A stretch of DNA of 64,000 nt from Kiritimatiellia bacterium. Lineage in GTDB: Bacteria; Verrucomicrobiota; Kiritimatiellia; RFP12; DVOR01. The notes beneath the pieces were generated by a model that saw only the letters and a program-made list of their open reading frames with translations, was not told the DNA's origin and did no database searches. The position numbers were made by a program, and so were the translations under genes. Positions within the stretch are counted from its first letter, which is position 1, and every line of letters starts with the position of its first letter. The stretch spans positions 74,364 through 138,363 of the forward strand of contig JAFYWN010000007.1 of the NCBI GenBank assembly GCA_017558005.1, written 5' to 3'. This document shows, piece after piece, positions 28,590 to 38,353 of the stretch.

Positions 28590-29315
28590 ATGGAAAATCA
28601 ACCCTCTTTGAATCAAAAAGTCCTCGTTGTTGTACCAACCTACAACGAAAAAGAAAATATTGAAGCCTTCGTCGCCGCAGTCAAGACCAACCTTCCTGGC
28701 GCCCATCTTCTAATCGTGGATGATAATTCACCCGACGGCACAGGGGTGATTGCTGATCAACTTGCCGCAACGGATTCCACCATTCATGTCTTGCATCGCA
28801 CCCAAAAAGAGGGGTTGGGCAAGGCCTATGTGGAAGGTTTTCAGTGGGCACTTCGCCACGATTATGATTTTATCATCCAAACTGATGCTGACTTCTCGCA
28901 CGACCCGAAGGATTTACCGCGCCTGCTTGAAGCGGCTCAAACCGATGATTTAATCATTGGCTCGCGCTATAAGGGTGGGTGTCGCGTATTGAATTGGCCG
29001 CTCCCACGTTTGATGTTGAGTTACGGCGCAGGGATTTATGTGCGCTTACTAACGCGACTCCCCGTAATGGATCCCACCGGCGGCTTTAAATGTTTCCGTC
29101 GTAACGTCCTTGCCTCAATTGAACTTGATCGTATCGCTGCCGAAGGGTATGGTTTCCAAATTGAAGTCACTCACTCGGCTTGGCGCAAGGGCTTTTCGAT
29201 TAAAGAAATTCCCATCGTCTTTGCTGATCGTGTAGCTGGCACCTCAAAGATGTCCTTGGCCATTGCCAAGGAGGCAATTTTCTTGGTGCTTCGCCTCGCC
29301 TTTCGCCGAAAGTAA
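28590..29315 (+). CDS. polyprenol/dolichol-phosphate mannosyltransferase (GT2)
   Basis: 241 aa with VVVPTYNEKENI, IVDDNSPDGT, TDADFSHDP and GFKCFRR motifs. Confidence 0.85.
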   Translation: MENQPSLNQKVLVVVPTYNEKENIEAFVAAVKTNLPGAHLLIVDDNSPDGTGVIADQLAATDSTIHVLHRTQKEGLGKAYVEGFQWALRHDYDFIIQTDADFSHDPKDLPRLLEAAQTDDLIIGSRYKGGCRVLNWPLPRLMLSYGAGIYVRLLTRLPVMDPTGGFKCFRRNVLASIELDRIAAEGYGFQIEVTHSAWRKGFSIKEIPIVFADRVAGTSKMSLAIAKEAIFLVLRLAFRRK

Positions 29316-29366
29316 TCGCCGAGGCTGAACCCGTTCGACCCATTTTATTAAAGGAGTGCATCTGTT

Positions 29367-30332
29367 ATGTTTACCATCGCCGTTCAAATCTCCGCCATCT
29401 TTGCAATGATTGGCATCGGCACCTTCGCCGCCAAACGTAAATGGTTCTCGGAAGACTTCTCAACCCAACTCTCCTTACTGTTGATTCGCGTCTTCTATCC
29501 CTCACTCCTCTTCTCAGCCATTCTACGAAAGTATACCCTCTCCGCACTCGCGGATGCATGGATCCTACCTGTGGGCGCCGCTGGGATTATCCTCATTGGG
29601 TGGACAGCAGGGTGGATTGCTAAGCGCACCTTACTTCGTCATGCTAAGGCGCCTACCCGTCGTGCCTTCCACTTCTCCTGCACGATGAACAACTACTCCT
29701 TCCTGCCAATCATGATTATCGCAGGAACGCCTTTGGGCGAGACAGGCGTTGCAATGGTTGCATTGACCACCATTGCCTCCGACACCTTAATGTGGACGCT
29801 TGGCTTCAAGACCTTTACGGGACAAAAGCTCAACTTCAAGACCTTGCCATCCATGCTCCTACGTCCGCCGGTTGCCGCCTTATTGCTCGCAGTACTCTGT
29901 TTAATCATCTTCCACTGCTTCGGGATTACCCCAGATGACCTCTTCGCCTGCCATCCGACCAAGGTCGCCCTCAATACGCTTTATACCTATCTCGGAGGAG
30001 CAACCATTCCAACCTGCGCCCTCGTCTGCGGCATGCGCTTGGCCCAACTCAAACCCGCAGGACTCTTCTGTTACCCACAAGTCCTCACCACCCTCCTTCG
30101 CATGATTGTCATCCCCGCCATTACGCTCACGCTCCTCATGCTCTTGCCTTTGACCGAAGCGCAACGGCTCGTCTTCGGCATCATCGCATTGATGCCAGGT
30201 GTGATGGCGAGCGTCTCGATGGCGGAGGTCTATGGCGGTGACATTCCCTTCGTCTCCGCAATGGTCCTAAACACCCACGCAGTCTGCATTGTCACGGTCC
30301 CGATTGGACTTTGGCTCCTGGGTGTCTGCTAA
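29367..30332 (+). CDS. AEC (auxin efflux carrier) family transporter
   Basis: 321 aa, about 10 TM helices, with a family-typical N-terminus (FAMIGIGTFAAKRKWFSED). Confidence 0.8.
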   Translation: MFTIAVQISAIFAMIGIGTFAAKRKWFSEDFSTQLSLLLIRVFYPSLLFSAILRKYTLSALADAWILPVGAAGIILIGWTAGWIAKRTLLRHAKAPTRRAFHFSCTMNNYSFLPIMIIAGTPLGETGVAMVALTTIASDTLMWTLGFKTFTGQKLNFKTLPSMLLRPPVAALLLAVLCLIIFHCFGITPDDLFACHPTKVALNTLYTYLGGATIPTCALVCGMRLAQLKPAGLFCYPQVLTTLLRMIVIPAITLTLLMLLPLTEAQRLVFGIIALMPGVMASVSMAEVYGGDIPFVSAMVLNTHAVCIVTVPIGLWLLGVC

Positions 30333-30589
30333 ATCCTCCCTGCGAAACCGCACCGCCGCCATTGCAATATCAAGCGCGGCGAACGGACAACACCTCTTCG
30401 CATCCTACCGTACACCTTAACCCTGCCAAGCATGGCGAATGGTCAACTATCCGTCACATCCTACCGCCACCTTAACCCCGTCAAGTGGGGGTGCATAGAC
30501 CTTTCAATTCTTCTCCTTCTCCTTTTTTATTTCCCGCTTCTTCACCATATTTTGTTATCATATACATTATTTATGGAAAGGGTTTTATC

Positions 30590-31312
30590 ATGAATACAAT
30601 GTATGATCCCGATACACTCGCACGCTCTCATGCTTCCGACTTTGCAAAGGGCTTAAATCGCATCTACAACTTCACCTATGGGTGGATGGCCGTGGGGCTT
30701 GCACTCTCTGGTGTGGTGGCCTACTTTGTGGCACAAGCCATTGAAGCAGGTTCCTTTGCGCCCTCGCGTGGCCTCTTCATGGCCTGTGGTATCGTTGAAA
30801 TCCTCCTCGTACTCGGTCTTTCGGCGATGATTCACAAGCTTTCCTTGCCCGTGGCGGCATTGATCTTTGCGGCGTACTCGGCACTGAATGGCGTGACACT
30901 CTCGATTATTTTCCTCGTCTACGAACTCGCCACCATTCAATCTGTCTTCTTTGTAAGTGCAGGAACCTTTGCAGGCGTCGCCCTCATTGGTTCGCTGACT
31001 AAGACGAACTTGAATACGGTCGGGCGCATCTGCATTATGGCTTTGTGGGGGATTATCTTGGCCTCCTTCGTCAATATTTTCATGAAATCCGCAGGTCTTA
31101 ATGCCGTTTTGACCTACATCGGCGTGGCGGTCTTTATTGGGTTAACCGCTTGGGACGCCCAAAAGGTGCGTATCCTTGCAGAAGAGCAACACCGCATGGA
31201 CGGCCAGACGGCGCGCCGTCTTGGGTTGCTCTGTGCCCTTGAACTCTACCTTGACTTTATCAACCTCTTCCTCTATATCTTGCGCCTTTTCGGCGGAAAG
31301 GGGCGCGACTAA
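30590..31312 (+). CDS. Bax inhibitor-1/YccA family membrane protein
   Basis: A 240-aa product from the ATG at 30590 (MNTMYDPD...). It has 7 TM helices and the family-typical C-terminus YLDFINLFLYILRLFG. The track start at 30485 (GTG) adds an implausible 35-aa leader. Confidence 0.85.
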   Translation: MNTMYDPDTLARSHASDFAKGLNRIYNFTYGWMAVGLALSGVVAYFVAQAIEAGSFAPSRGLFMACGIVEILLVLGLSAMIHKLSLPVAALIFAAYSALNGVTLSIIFLVYELATIQSVFFVSAGTFAGVALIGSLTKTNLNTVGRICIMALWGIILASFVNIFMKSAGLNAVLTYIGVAVFIGLTAWDAQKVRILAEEQHRMDGQTARRLGLLCALELYLDFINLFLYILRLFGGKGRD

Positions 31313-32034
31313 TGCTTCGTTCAACACTTACACTCGCTCTTGTCACATTGATTTCCAGTGCCGTTTGCGCCGCTAAGGTGGGCGTGCAACTCTACGATAT
31401 GTATCGCACAGAAGCGGTCTATTTGATGACTTCAGAAGAAGTGCGCACCTTGAAAGCCGACCTCTCTGAGGAGAAGCGCGTCTTCAATAAGGCCTTCGCA
31501 AATGTCAAAAAGCAGTGGACCAAAGACCAAACCGCAGCCCTAAAGGCTGGCAACAAGGACTATCCAAAATTTCCCACCAAGACCTTCATGTGGGTGCGCA
31601 CGGCGAAGTTCAAGACCTTCTCCACCGATGATGCCGCCAATGAGTGGTATGGCAAGCAGAAGGGGCGCTTGAATGGCGAAATGGCGGCAAAAGCAAAGGC
31701 GGCAATGGATGCAATTAAGGCCGCCAAGGCTGGCGCTACGGCTGGTTACAAAGATCGTGACGACAAGAAAAAGCGTCGCCATGCAGAAAAGGCTGAAATG
31801 TCGGATGCCGCCAAGGAAAAGATTGGTGAATTGGTGGAAATCGAGATGGCTGCGCTACTCAAGTACAATCGTCCCGTGCCCAAACACTTCATCTATGACC
31901 CCGTGGCTGGCGCAGATAAGAATGTACAGAAGGATATGGATAAGCAGGATGAAGCCTTGAAGCAATATGAAAAGCGTAAGGCCGACGCAGAAGCCGCAGA
32001 GGCAAATGGCGAAACTGCACCCCCTGCCCAATAA
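31312..32034 (+). CDS. hypothetical secreted Lys/Ala/Glu-rich protein
   Basis: 240 aa with a signal peptide MLRSTLTLALVTLISSAVCAA. The start overlaps the BI-1 stop by 1 nt (TAATG). I recognise no domain. Confidence 0.5.
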   Translation: MLRSTLTLALVTLISSAVCAAKVGVQLYDMYRTEAVYLMTSEEVRTLKADLSEEKRVFNKAFANVKKQWTKDQTAALKAGNKDYPKFPTKTFMWVRTAKFKTFSTDDAANEWYGKQKGRLNGEMAAKAKAAMDAIKAAKAGATAGYKDRDDKKKRRHAEKAEMSDAAKEKIGELVEIEMAALLKYNRPVPKHFIYDPVAGADKNVQKDMDKQDEALKQYEKRKADAEAAEANGETAPPAQ

Positions 32035-32108
32035 CACGTCGCTTCACGCCTCCCACTTTCATCCAATTTATTGATTTACTCATCCCTTAAAACTCCCCAA
32101 CGGACCTT

Positions 32109-33419
32109 ATGAATCCAGAACTTATTCCTATTCTTGACTGGCAGATTTCCAATCCGAATGCAACCGTTGAAACCTTTTTGAGTCGCCCCGCTTTCGATGA
32201 AAAAGCGGAAGCAGCCGCCTCAAAATGCCTTGCAGATATTCGCACCCGTGGCTTAGATGCAGTCCTTGAAGCTTGTAAGACCTTTGACAATGCCGAAGTC
32301 ACCCCAGAAAATATGTTGGTCACCGAGGCTGAACTCGATGCCGCTGAAGCGGCTTGCGACGAAACGGTCAAGCGTGCCATTGCCCAGGCCGCCGAACGCA
32401 TTGACACCTTTGCGCGTGCGGGGTTGCGTCCAGACTGGACGATCCCCACACCGTGTGGCGGCTCTTTAGGCGAACGTTTCCACCCGATGGATCGCGTGGG
32501 TGTCTATATTCCTGGCGGCACTGCTCCGCTCGCCTCCACCTCTTTGATGACCGTTGTCCTCGCAAAGGCAGCAGGCGTTAAGGAGATTGTGGCTTGCACC
32601 CCGTGCCGTAATGGCTTAGAGGTCTCCGCTCCGCTGTTGTACGCATTGCGCGTGGCGGGTGCAACAGAAATTTATCGTATCGGTGGCATCCAGTCCATTG
32701 GCTTGATGGCCTACGGCGCTGGCATCAAACCCGTTGAACTCATCGCAGGTCCTGGCAATGCCTATGTGACCGCAGCGAAGCGCCAGGTCTACGGCACCGT
32801 CGCCATTGACCAAGTGGCAGGCCCCTCGGAAATCTGCGTCCTTGCAGACAAGGCCGCCAAAGCAAAGTGGGTTGCTGCCGACCTTCTCTCTCAAGCTGAA
32901 CACGGCAGTGGCCTCGAAAAGAGCCTGCTCGTCACCGACAGCCGCGACTTCGCAGAAGCCGTTAAGGCTGAAGTAATTGCCCAAACCGCCGTTCGTAATC
33001 GTAAGGCGATTATCGAACGTATGGTTGAAAATGGTGGCATGCTCTTCGCCGTGGTGCCCGATTTGGCGACCGATGGCACCACGTTGTGCAACCGTTTTGC
33101 TGCGGAACACCTTGAACTCCAAGCGGAAAATGCCGATGACCTCCTCCCCTTGATCAACTGCGCGGGCGCAGTCTTCGTTGGTTACTGGACGCCTGAGAGC
33201 GCCGGCGACTTCGTGGCGGGTCCTAGCCACGTTCTGCCCACTGGCGGTGCGGCTCGTATGTTCAGCGGCTTAACGGCCGAAACCTTCCGCCGTCGTAGCT
33301 CCTTTGTTCGTTTTACGAAGGAAGATCTTGCCGAAACGCGAGAAGCAATTGAAACCTTTGGCATGTTGGAAGGCCTTGATGCCCACGCCTATGCCGCTAC
33401 CGCGCGTTTTGAAGACTAA
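32109..33419 (+). CDS. hisD: histidinol dehydrogenase
   Basis: 436 aa with full-length HisD similarity (GVYIPGGTAPLASTSLM, QAEHG, GDFVAGPSHVLPTGGAARF-like). Confidence 0.95.
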   Translation: MNPELIPILDWQISNPNATVETFLSRPAFDEKAEAAASKCLADIRTRGLDAVLEACKTFDNAEVTPENMLVTEAELDAAEAACDETVKRAIAQAAERIDTFARAGLRPDWTIPTPCGGSLGERFHPMDRVGVYIPGGTAPLASTSLMTVVLAKAAGVKEIVACTPCRNGLEVSAPLLYALRVAGATEIYRIGGIQSIGLMAYGAGIKPVELIAGPGNAYVTAAKRQVYGTVAIDQVAGPSEICVLADKAAKAKWVAADLLSQAEHGSGLEKSLLVTDSRDFAEAVKAEVIAQTAVRNRKAIIERMVENGGMLFAVVPDLATDGTTLCNRFAAEHLELQAENADDLLPLINCAGAVFVGYWTPESAGDFVAGPSHVLPTGGAARMFSGLTAETFRRRSSFVRFTKEDLAETREAIETFGMLEGLDAHAYAATARFED

Positions 33420-33469
33420 CCGCTTCACCGCTGTTCAGGTGGCGAGAATCCTCCTTTGCCGCCCTGTTG

Positions 33470-33497
33470 CAGCCTGTCTTTCCGACAGGCTGTTTCC
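33470..33497 (+). terminator. hairpin after hisD (terminator/attenuator candidate)
   Basis: CAGCCTGTC-tttcc-GACAGGCTG followed by TTTCC. The T-run is weak. It lies inside the 5' extension of the hrpB track ORF, which supports the later hrpB start. Confidence 0.45.
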
Positions 33498-33545
33498 ATA
33501 ACCCCCTCACGCTCCTATCCCATAACGGCCCCCACGCTTTCCCTT

Positions 33546-35885
33546 ATGGCCCTTGATCTAACCGCACTTCGTGCAGCTCTCTCGGAGAATCGCCCAGTCG
33601 TCCTCACTGCGCCCCCCGGCACAGGTAAGACCACCACGATTCCACCGGCATTGCTTGCCGAACCATGGTTGGAAGGGAAAAAGATTATTGTCCTTGAACC
33701 GCGCCGTTTGGCGGCACGTCGCGCAGCGCAATACATTGCCGAAACGTTGCACGAATCCCCTGGCGAAACGGTGGGCTGGCAGGTACGTTTAGAACGTTGC
33801 GTGGGACCAAAGACACGCATTGAATTCCTGACTGAAGGTCTACTCGCACGTAAAATCCTTGAAGACCCCGAACTCTCCGATGTCGGTTTAATCATTTTTG
33901 ACGAATTCCACGAACGTGCGCTGCCCTTAGAGGTTGCCTTTGCGCTAACGAAAGAAGTACGCGAAGGCTTGCGACCCGACTTGCGTGTGCTGATTATGTC
34001 AGCTACCCTTCAACCCGACATCCTGCCTGACGCAGTCTTCATTGAAATCCCTGCGAAGGCTTATCCCGTGGAGATTCAATGGGTAGGCCCCCTCTCACCA
34101 TTAACGGCAGTCCGCAAAGCACTCGCAGAAACTGAAGGTTCCATTTTGGTCTTCCTTCCTGGCGAAGGGGAGATTCGCGCGCTCGCAGAGGCGCTTCATG
34201 CGGAGTCGCTACCAAACACAGTCAAAATTGCACCACTTTATGCCGCATTGGACCGCCGAAAACAAGATGCCGCCGTGGCACCGCCGCGTCCTGGCGAACG
34301 CAAAATTGTCTTGGCCACCTCCATTGCAGAGAGCTCACTCACCATTGAAGGGGTGCGCGTGGTCATTGACACAGGCTTAGCACGCATCCCCCAATTCTCC
34401 TCACGCAATGGGCTAACGAAGTTAGTCACGCGCCAAATTCCTTTGGATCGCATTACCCAGCGCACCGGTCGTGCGGGACGTACCTGTCCTGGCGTCTGTT
34501 ATCGCTTGTGGAACCAAGCGGAAGAGTTGACCTTCCCCAAGGTCTCCAAGCCTGAAATCTTAAGTGCAGACCTCTCACAAATCGCGTTACTCTGCGCAGA
34601 ATGGGGCACCGCCGAGCTCCCTTGGTTGACGCCACCACCTCCCTCTGCATGGCAAAAGGCATGGCAATTATTGATTGCTTTAGGCGCAGTTGATGCCGAA
34701 CGGCGCATGACGCCATTAGGCCATCAGATGATTCGATTCCCCGTTCATCCCTCATTGGCTGCGATGATGCTTAAACTGCGCACGATTGATAAGGCTGGAG
34801 GAGCCTTGCTTGCAGCCATCTGCTCGGAGGGTGAACGCATTCCGTCATTGCGCACGCAACAAGATTTTCGCCGCGTTTTGGCCACCGTGTTGCAAGATCG
34901 TCCACGTGATATTTGGCAATTGGCGACCCGTTGGGCCGAGGGTTCTCCTGTGCCGCGCCTCTCCATTGATGAATTAGCCCCCTATCTACTCTGGGCTTTC
35001 CCGGGCCATTTGGCCAAACGGCGCAATACTGCGAGCGGACGTTATCTGCTCGCGGCGGGCTTCGGCGCCGTATTACCGCCAGACTCGCTGATGATTAACG
35101 CCGAGTGGCTCTTTGCGGTGCGAATGAGTGATGGTGATGCAGAGGCCACGATTCGGTGGTGTTTCCCCTTAACCGAGGCCGATCTTTCGCGCCTAACACC
35201 CGAGACGCGTACACGAATTGAATGGGATAAATCAAGCAAACGCCTCATTGCCGCAGAGGAAGTTTGTTACGGCGAAATTGTCGTTAAGTCGCGTCCCTTA
35301 AAGTCGATTCCGCCAGAGTTACACCTTGAAGCAGAGCATTGCCGCCTCCGTCACGAAGGGCTCCCATGGACACCCGCTGCGCACGCGCTCGCCGAACGCA
35401 TCGCCTTCCTTCGTAAACACCTTCCCGAAGCGGGCTATCCCGCCCTTGAAACAGAAGACCTCATCAGTGAACTTGCCGCCGCTCCAGGTCTTTCGGTGCA
35501 GCAAGCCATCCTCAATTTGCTCTCAGCTTCTGGCCATACCCAACAAGAAATTGACCGTGAAGCCCCAACGAAATTCCGCGTCCCGAGTGGTTCAAATATG
35601 ACCATTCACTATGACGCCGACCAACCCTACGTCGCGGTTAAAATCCAAGAGGTCTTCGGTCTTAAAGCCACCCCACGCCTTGCCCACGAAAAGGTACCCA
35701 TTTTGTTGCACTTACTCTCCCCTGCCCAACGTCCCGTCCAGGTCACCTCCGACCTCGCCTCCTTCTGGGCAAATGGCTATGCCATCGTTCGAAAAGATTT
35801 GCGTGGACGCTATCCCAAACACTACTGGCCTGAAGACCCGACCCAAGCGGAAGCCTCACGCAAGACACTAAAGCCTAAGTCCTAA
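33546..35885 (+). CDS. hrpB: ATP-dependent RNA helicase HrpB (DEAH-box)
   Basis: Walker A TAPPGTGKTT, DEFHER box, SATL, TSIAESSLTIEGV, QRTGRAGR and the HrpB C-terminal domain. The ATG at 33546 (MALDLTALR...) is preferred. Confidence 0.9.
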   Translation: MALDLTALRAALSENRPVVLTAPPGTGKTTTIPPALLAEPWLEGKKIIVLEPRRLAARRAAQYIAETLHESPGETVGWQVRLERCVGPKTRIEFLTEGLLARKILEDPELSDVGLIIFDEFHERALPLEVAFALTKEVREGLRPDLRVLIMSATLQPDILPDAVFIEIPAKAYPVEIQWVGPLSPLTAVRKALAETEGSILVFLPGEGEIRALAEALHAESLPNTVKIAPLYAALDRRKQDAAVAPPRPGERKIVLATSIAESSLTIEGVRVVIDTGLARIPQFSSRNGLTKLVTRQIPLDRITQRTGRAGRTCPGVCYRLWNQAEELTFPKVSKPEILSADLSQIALLCAEWGTAELPWLTPPPPSAWQKAWQLLIALGAVDAERRMTPLGHQMIRFPVHPSLAAMMLKLRTIDKAGGALLAAICSEGERIPSLRTQQDFRRVLATVLQDRPRDIWQLATRWAEGSPVPRLSIDELAPYLLWAFPGHLAKRRNTASGRYLLAAGFGAVLPPDSLMINAEWLFAVRMSDGDAEATIRWCFPLTEADLSRLTPETRTRIEWDKSSKRLIAAEEVCYGEIVVKSRPLKSIPPELHLEAEHCRLRHEGLPWTPAAHALAERIAFLRKHLPEAGYPALETEDLISELAAAPGLSVQQAILNLLSASGHTQQEIDREAPTKFRVPSGSNMTIHYDADQPYVAVKIQEVFGLKATPRLAHEKVPILLHLLSPAQRPVQVTSDLASFWANGYAIVRKDLRGRYPKHYWPEDPTQAEASRKTLKPKS

Positions 35886-35944
35886 CCCATCATTTACTGC
35901 TTTACACACGCTTTTATTCCCTGCACCCCAAGAGGTTCATCATC

Positions 35945-36937
35945 ATGTCCCTGCAAATCCCCGAAATCATCTCCCTCGCGAGCGCCTTTTACGGTTCCTC
36001 TGTCCTCTTTTCCGCCTTGGAATTAGATGTCTTCACTGCGATTGCAGAAAGCGAAGACCCCACCGTTGAAGCATTGGCGACCGCCCTTTCGGTGGACACA
36101 CGCGGCTTGCGATTACTCTTAGATGCCGCAGTCGCAACAGGCCTCCTCACGAAATCCGACCTCCGCTATGCGCTTACCCCTGCCACACAAGCCACCCTCG
36201 TACGAGGTGCGCCGCATGACTTGACCAAGGCAATCGCCTATAATCGTGATGTCTATCCTGCATGGGGGCGCCTTACTGAATTGGTCCGCACGGGAAAACC
36301 CGTTGAAGCGCCCAAAATTCACTTAGGAGATGACCCCGAACGCACGCGTCGATTTGCCCTCTCCATGCATGGTCGTGCCATGGGAATCGGAAAAGCCGTT
36401 GTGCCGGCACTCAACCTTCCAAAGGGGGCAAAGGTCCTTGATCTCGCGGGTGGCCCTGGCACCTATGCCCTTTTGATGGCACAGAGTGACCCCGAACTCA
36501 CCTGTGACACCTATGACCTGCCCGCCATTTCCGCAGTTGCAAAAGAAATCACGGCTCCATGCGCCGACCGCATTACCTGTCATGCAGGCGACTATCATAC
36601 TGACCTCTATCCTGAAAACACCTACGATGTCGTCACCCTCTTCGGGTGCTTACACCAGGAATCCCCCGAAGCAATCATTGATATTTTGACCCGTGCCACA
36701 CGTGCATTAAAACCTGGTGGCACCGTCTATGTACTCGACTTAATGACGGGCCCCGACCACACCACGCCGCCCTTCTCTGCACTCTTTGCCGTTAATATGG
36801 CCCTTACCACCGATAATGGGTGGGTCTTCTCCACAGAAGAATTGCAGACATGGATGACTGCCGCAGGCCTCTCCCACTTCACCTGCACCCCCATCCCGCC
36901 GCCGATGCCCCACTTCTTAGCCAAGGCAACGCGCTAA
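35945..36937 (+). CDS. class I SAM-dependent O-methyltransferase (ASMT/COMT-like with N-terminal dimerisation/wHTH domain)
   Basis: 330 aa with SAM motif VLDLAGGPGTYA and O-methyltransferase family 2 architecture. Confidence 0.78.
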   Translation: MSLQIPEIISLASAFYGSSVLFSALELDVFTAIAESEDPTVEALATALSVDTRGLRLLLDAAVATGLLTKSDLRYALTPATQATLVRGAPHDLTKAIAYNRDVYPAWGRLTELVRTGKPVEAPKIHLGDDPERTRRFALSMHGRAMGIGKAVVPALNLPKGAKVLDLAGGPGTYALLMAQSDPELTCDTYDLPAISAVAKEITAPCADRITCHAGDYHTDLYPENTYDVVTLFGCLHQESPEAIIDILTRATRALKPGGTVYVLDLMTGPDHTTPPFSALFAVNMALTTDNGWVFSTEELQTWMTAAGLSHFTCTPIPPPMPHFLAKATR

Positions 36938-37093
36938 TGCGTGCCCTTGCGTTAGCTAAGCCCCCTTGAAGATGGTGCTACTTCTGAAACTCACAAAAAA
37001 ATAATTTTTACAAAATATAGTTTTTTGTAGACTATTCAAGTGCGATTTGTTATTATTACAACATCTTAAACAAACACATTAAGGAGTGAGACC

Positions 37094-37228
37094 ATGACCT
37101 ACGTTTGCCAAGTTTGCGGCTATGTTTACGACCCTGCAGAGAATGATGGGATTCCCTTCGAGCAGTTGCCCGAAGATTGGGTGTGCCCCACCTGTGGCGT
37201 TGGCAAAGGCGATTTCGCCGCTGCTTAA
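37094..37228 (+). CDS. rubredoxin (44 aa; below the ORF-track size cut-off)
   Basis: Own translation gives [44 protein letters not shown], with the two CxxCG knuckles and conserved aromatic residues. SD AAGGAG lies 7 nt upstream. Confidence 0.88.
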   Translation: MTYVCQVCGYVYDPAENDGIPFEQLPEDWVCPTCGVGKGDFAAA

Positions 37229-37250
37229 GTAAAAGCCGCTTAGCACAAAC

Positions 37251-37286
37251 AAAAACAGCCGCGCGACTGCGCGGCTGTTTGCTTTT
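37251..37286. terminator. bidirectional rho-independent terminator between rubredoxin and potD
   Basis: AAAAA-CAGCCGCGC-gact-GCGCGGCTG-TTTGCTTTT: a 9-bp GC stem flanked by an A-run and a T-run, between convergent genes. Confidence 0.7.
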
Positions 37287-37303
37287 AGTGACTTGCGAAG
37301 AGA

Positions 37304-38353
37304 TTACTCAGCGCGAATACGATCCCAAGCCTTAATGTACAAGATGTTGTTGTCACCCAAGTCGGTCATTGTGGAACAACGTGCACGCACCTCTGCAGGG
37401 ATATTGAAAGCAGGGTTATTGCGCAACTGTTCATCCACCAACTTCACAGCTTCCGTGTTCGGCGAGACATACATAATCTCATTCATATTCGCCGCAGAGA
37501 CCTCCGGACGATACATGAAGTCAATGAACGCGTGGGCCAACTTCGGATTTGCACTGTTTTTGTGAATGACGAAGTTATCAAAGGTGACGGTAGCACCTTC
37601 TTCCGGAATCACAAAGCGCACCGAAGGCTTTTCCATCGACACCTGAAGCATATCACCGCTATAGGTGTGAATTAAGAAGAATTCGCCAGAAGCGAGTGCA
37701 CGCTTCGCATCATCCACTTCGAACTTCGCGATGTTACCCTTCCACTTCTTCACGAGCTCAACTGCCGCATCAATCTGCGCAGGATCCACGGAGTTCACAT
37801 CATAACCCAACGTCCGCAGGGCGCAACCCATCACTTCACGTTGGTCATTCAACAAGGAAGAACGGCGATGGATATCCGCACGTTCAAACATGTGCCACGT
37901 CGGCTGAAAATCCTTCACGCGCTCGGTATCGTAACCAATACCCGAGAAACTCACGAAGTACGGCACCGAATAGGTCATTGCCGCATCCAAGGAGAGCGAT
38001 GCATAGGTGTTGTCAAAGTTCTGCTTCACGGTGGGGAGCTGAGCCAAATCAATCTCTTGTAACATACCCTGCGCGTACATCAACTTTGCCATGTAAGACG
38101 ACGGCACGAGGATGTCATATCCACTTGCGCCCGCCTTCAACTTCGCATACATCGCCTCATTCGAGTCAAAGACGTCCATCTGCACTTCGCAATTAAACTC
38201 TTTCTCAAACTGACGAACCACATCTTCAGAGAGATAATCACCCCAGTTATAGATGTAAAGCGTCTCTTTGGGTTCACCACAAGCAGTCAAAAAGACGAGC
38301 GGAGCAAGCAATGCCGCCATCACGGTTGCACGGAAAAAGGTTTTCTGTTTCAC
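37304..38353 (-). CDS. potD: spermidine/putrescine ABC transporter substrate-binding lipoprotein
   Basis: 349 aa with a lipobox (FLTAC) and PotD/PotF family sequence. It is the last gene of a potABCD-ordered operon. Confidence 0.88.
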   Translation of the reverse strand: MKQKTFFRATVMAALLAPLVFLTACGEPKETLYIYNWGDYLSEDVVRQFEKEFNCEVQMDVFDSNEAMYAKLKAGASGYDILVPSSYMAKLMYAQGMLQEIDLAQLPTVKQNFDNTYASLSLDAAMTYSVPYFVSFSGIGYDTERVKDFQPTWHMFERADIHRRSSLLNDQREVMGCALRTLGYDVNSVDPAQIDAAVELVKKWKGNIAKFEVDDAKRALASGEFFLIHTYSGDMLQVSMEKPSVRFVIPEEGATVTFDNFVIHKNSANPKLAHAFIDFMYRPEVSAANMNEIMYVSPNTEAVKLVDEQLRNNPAFNIPAEVRARCSTMTDLGDNNILYIKAWDRIRAE

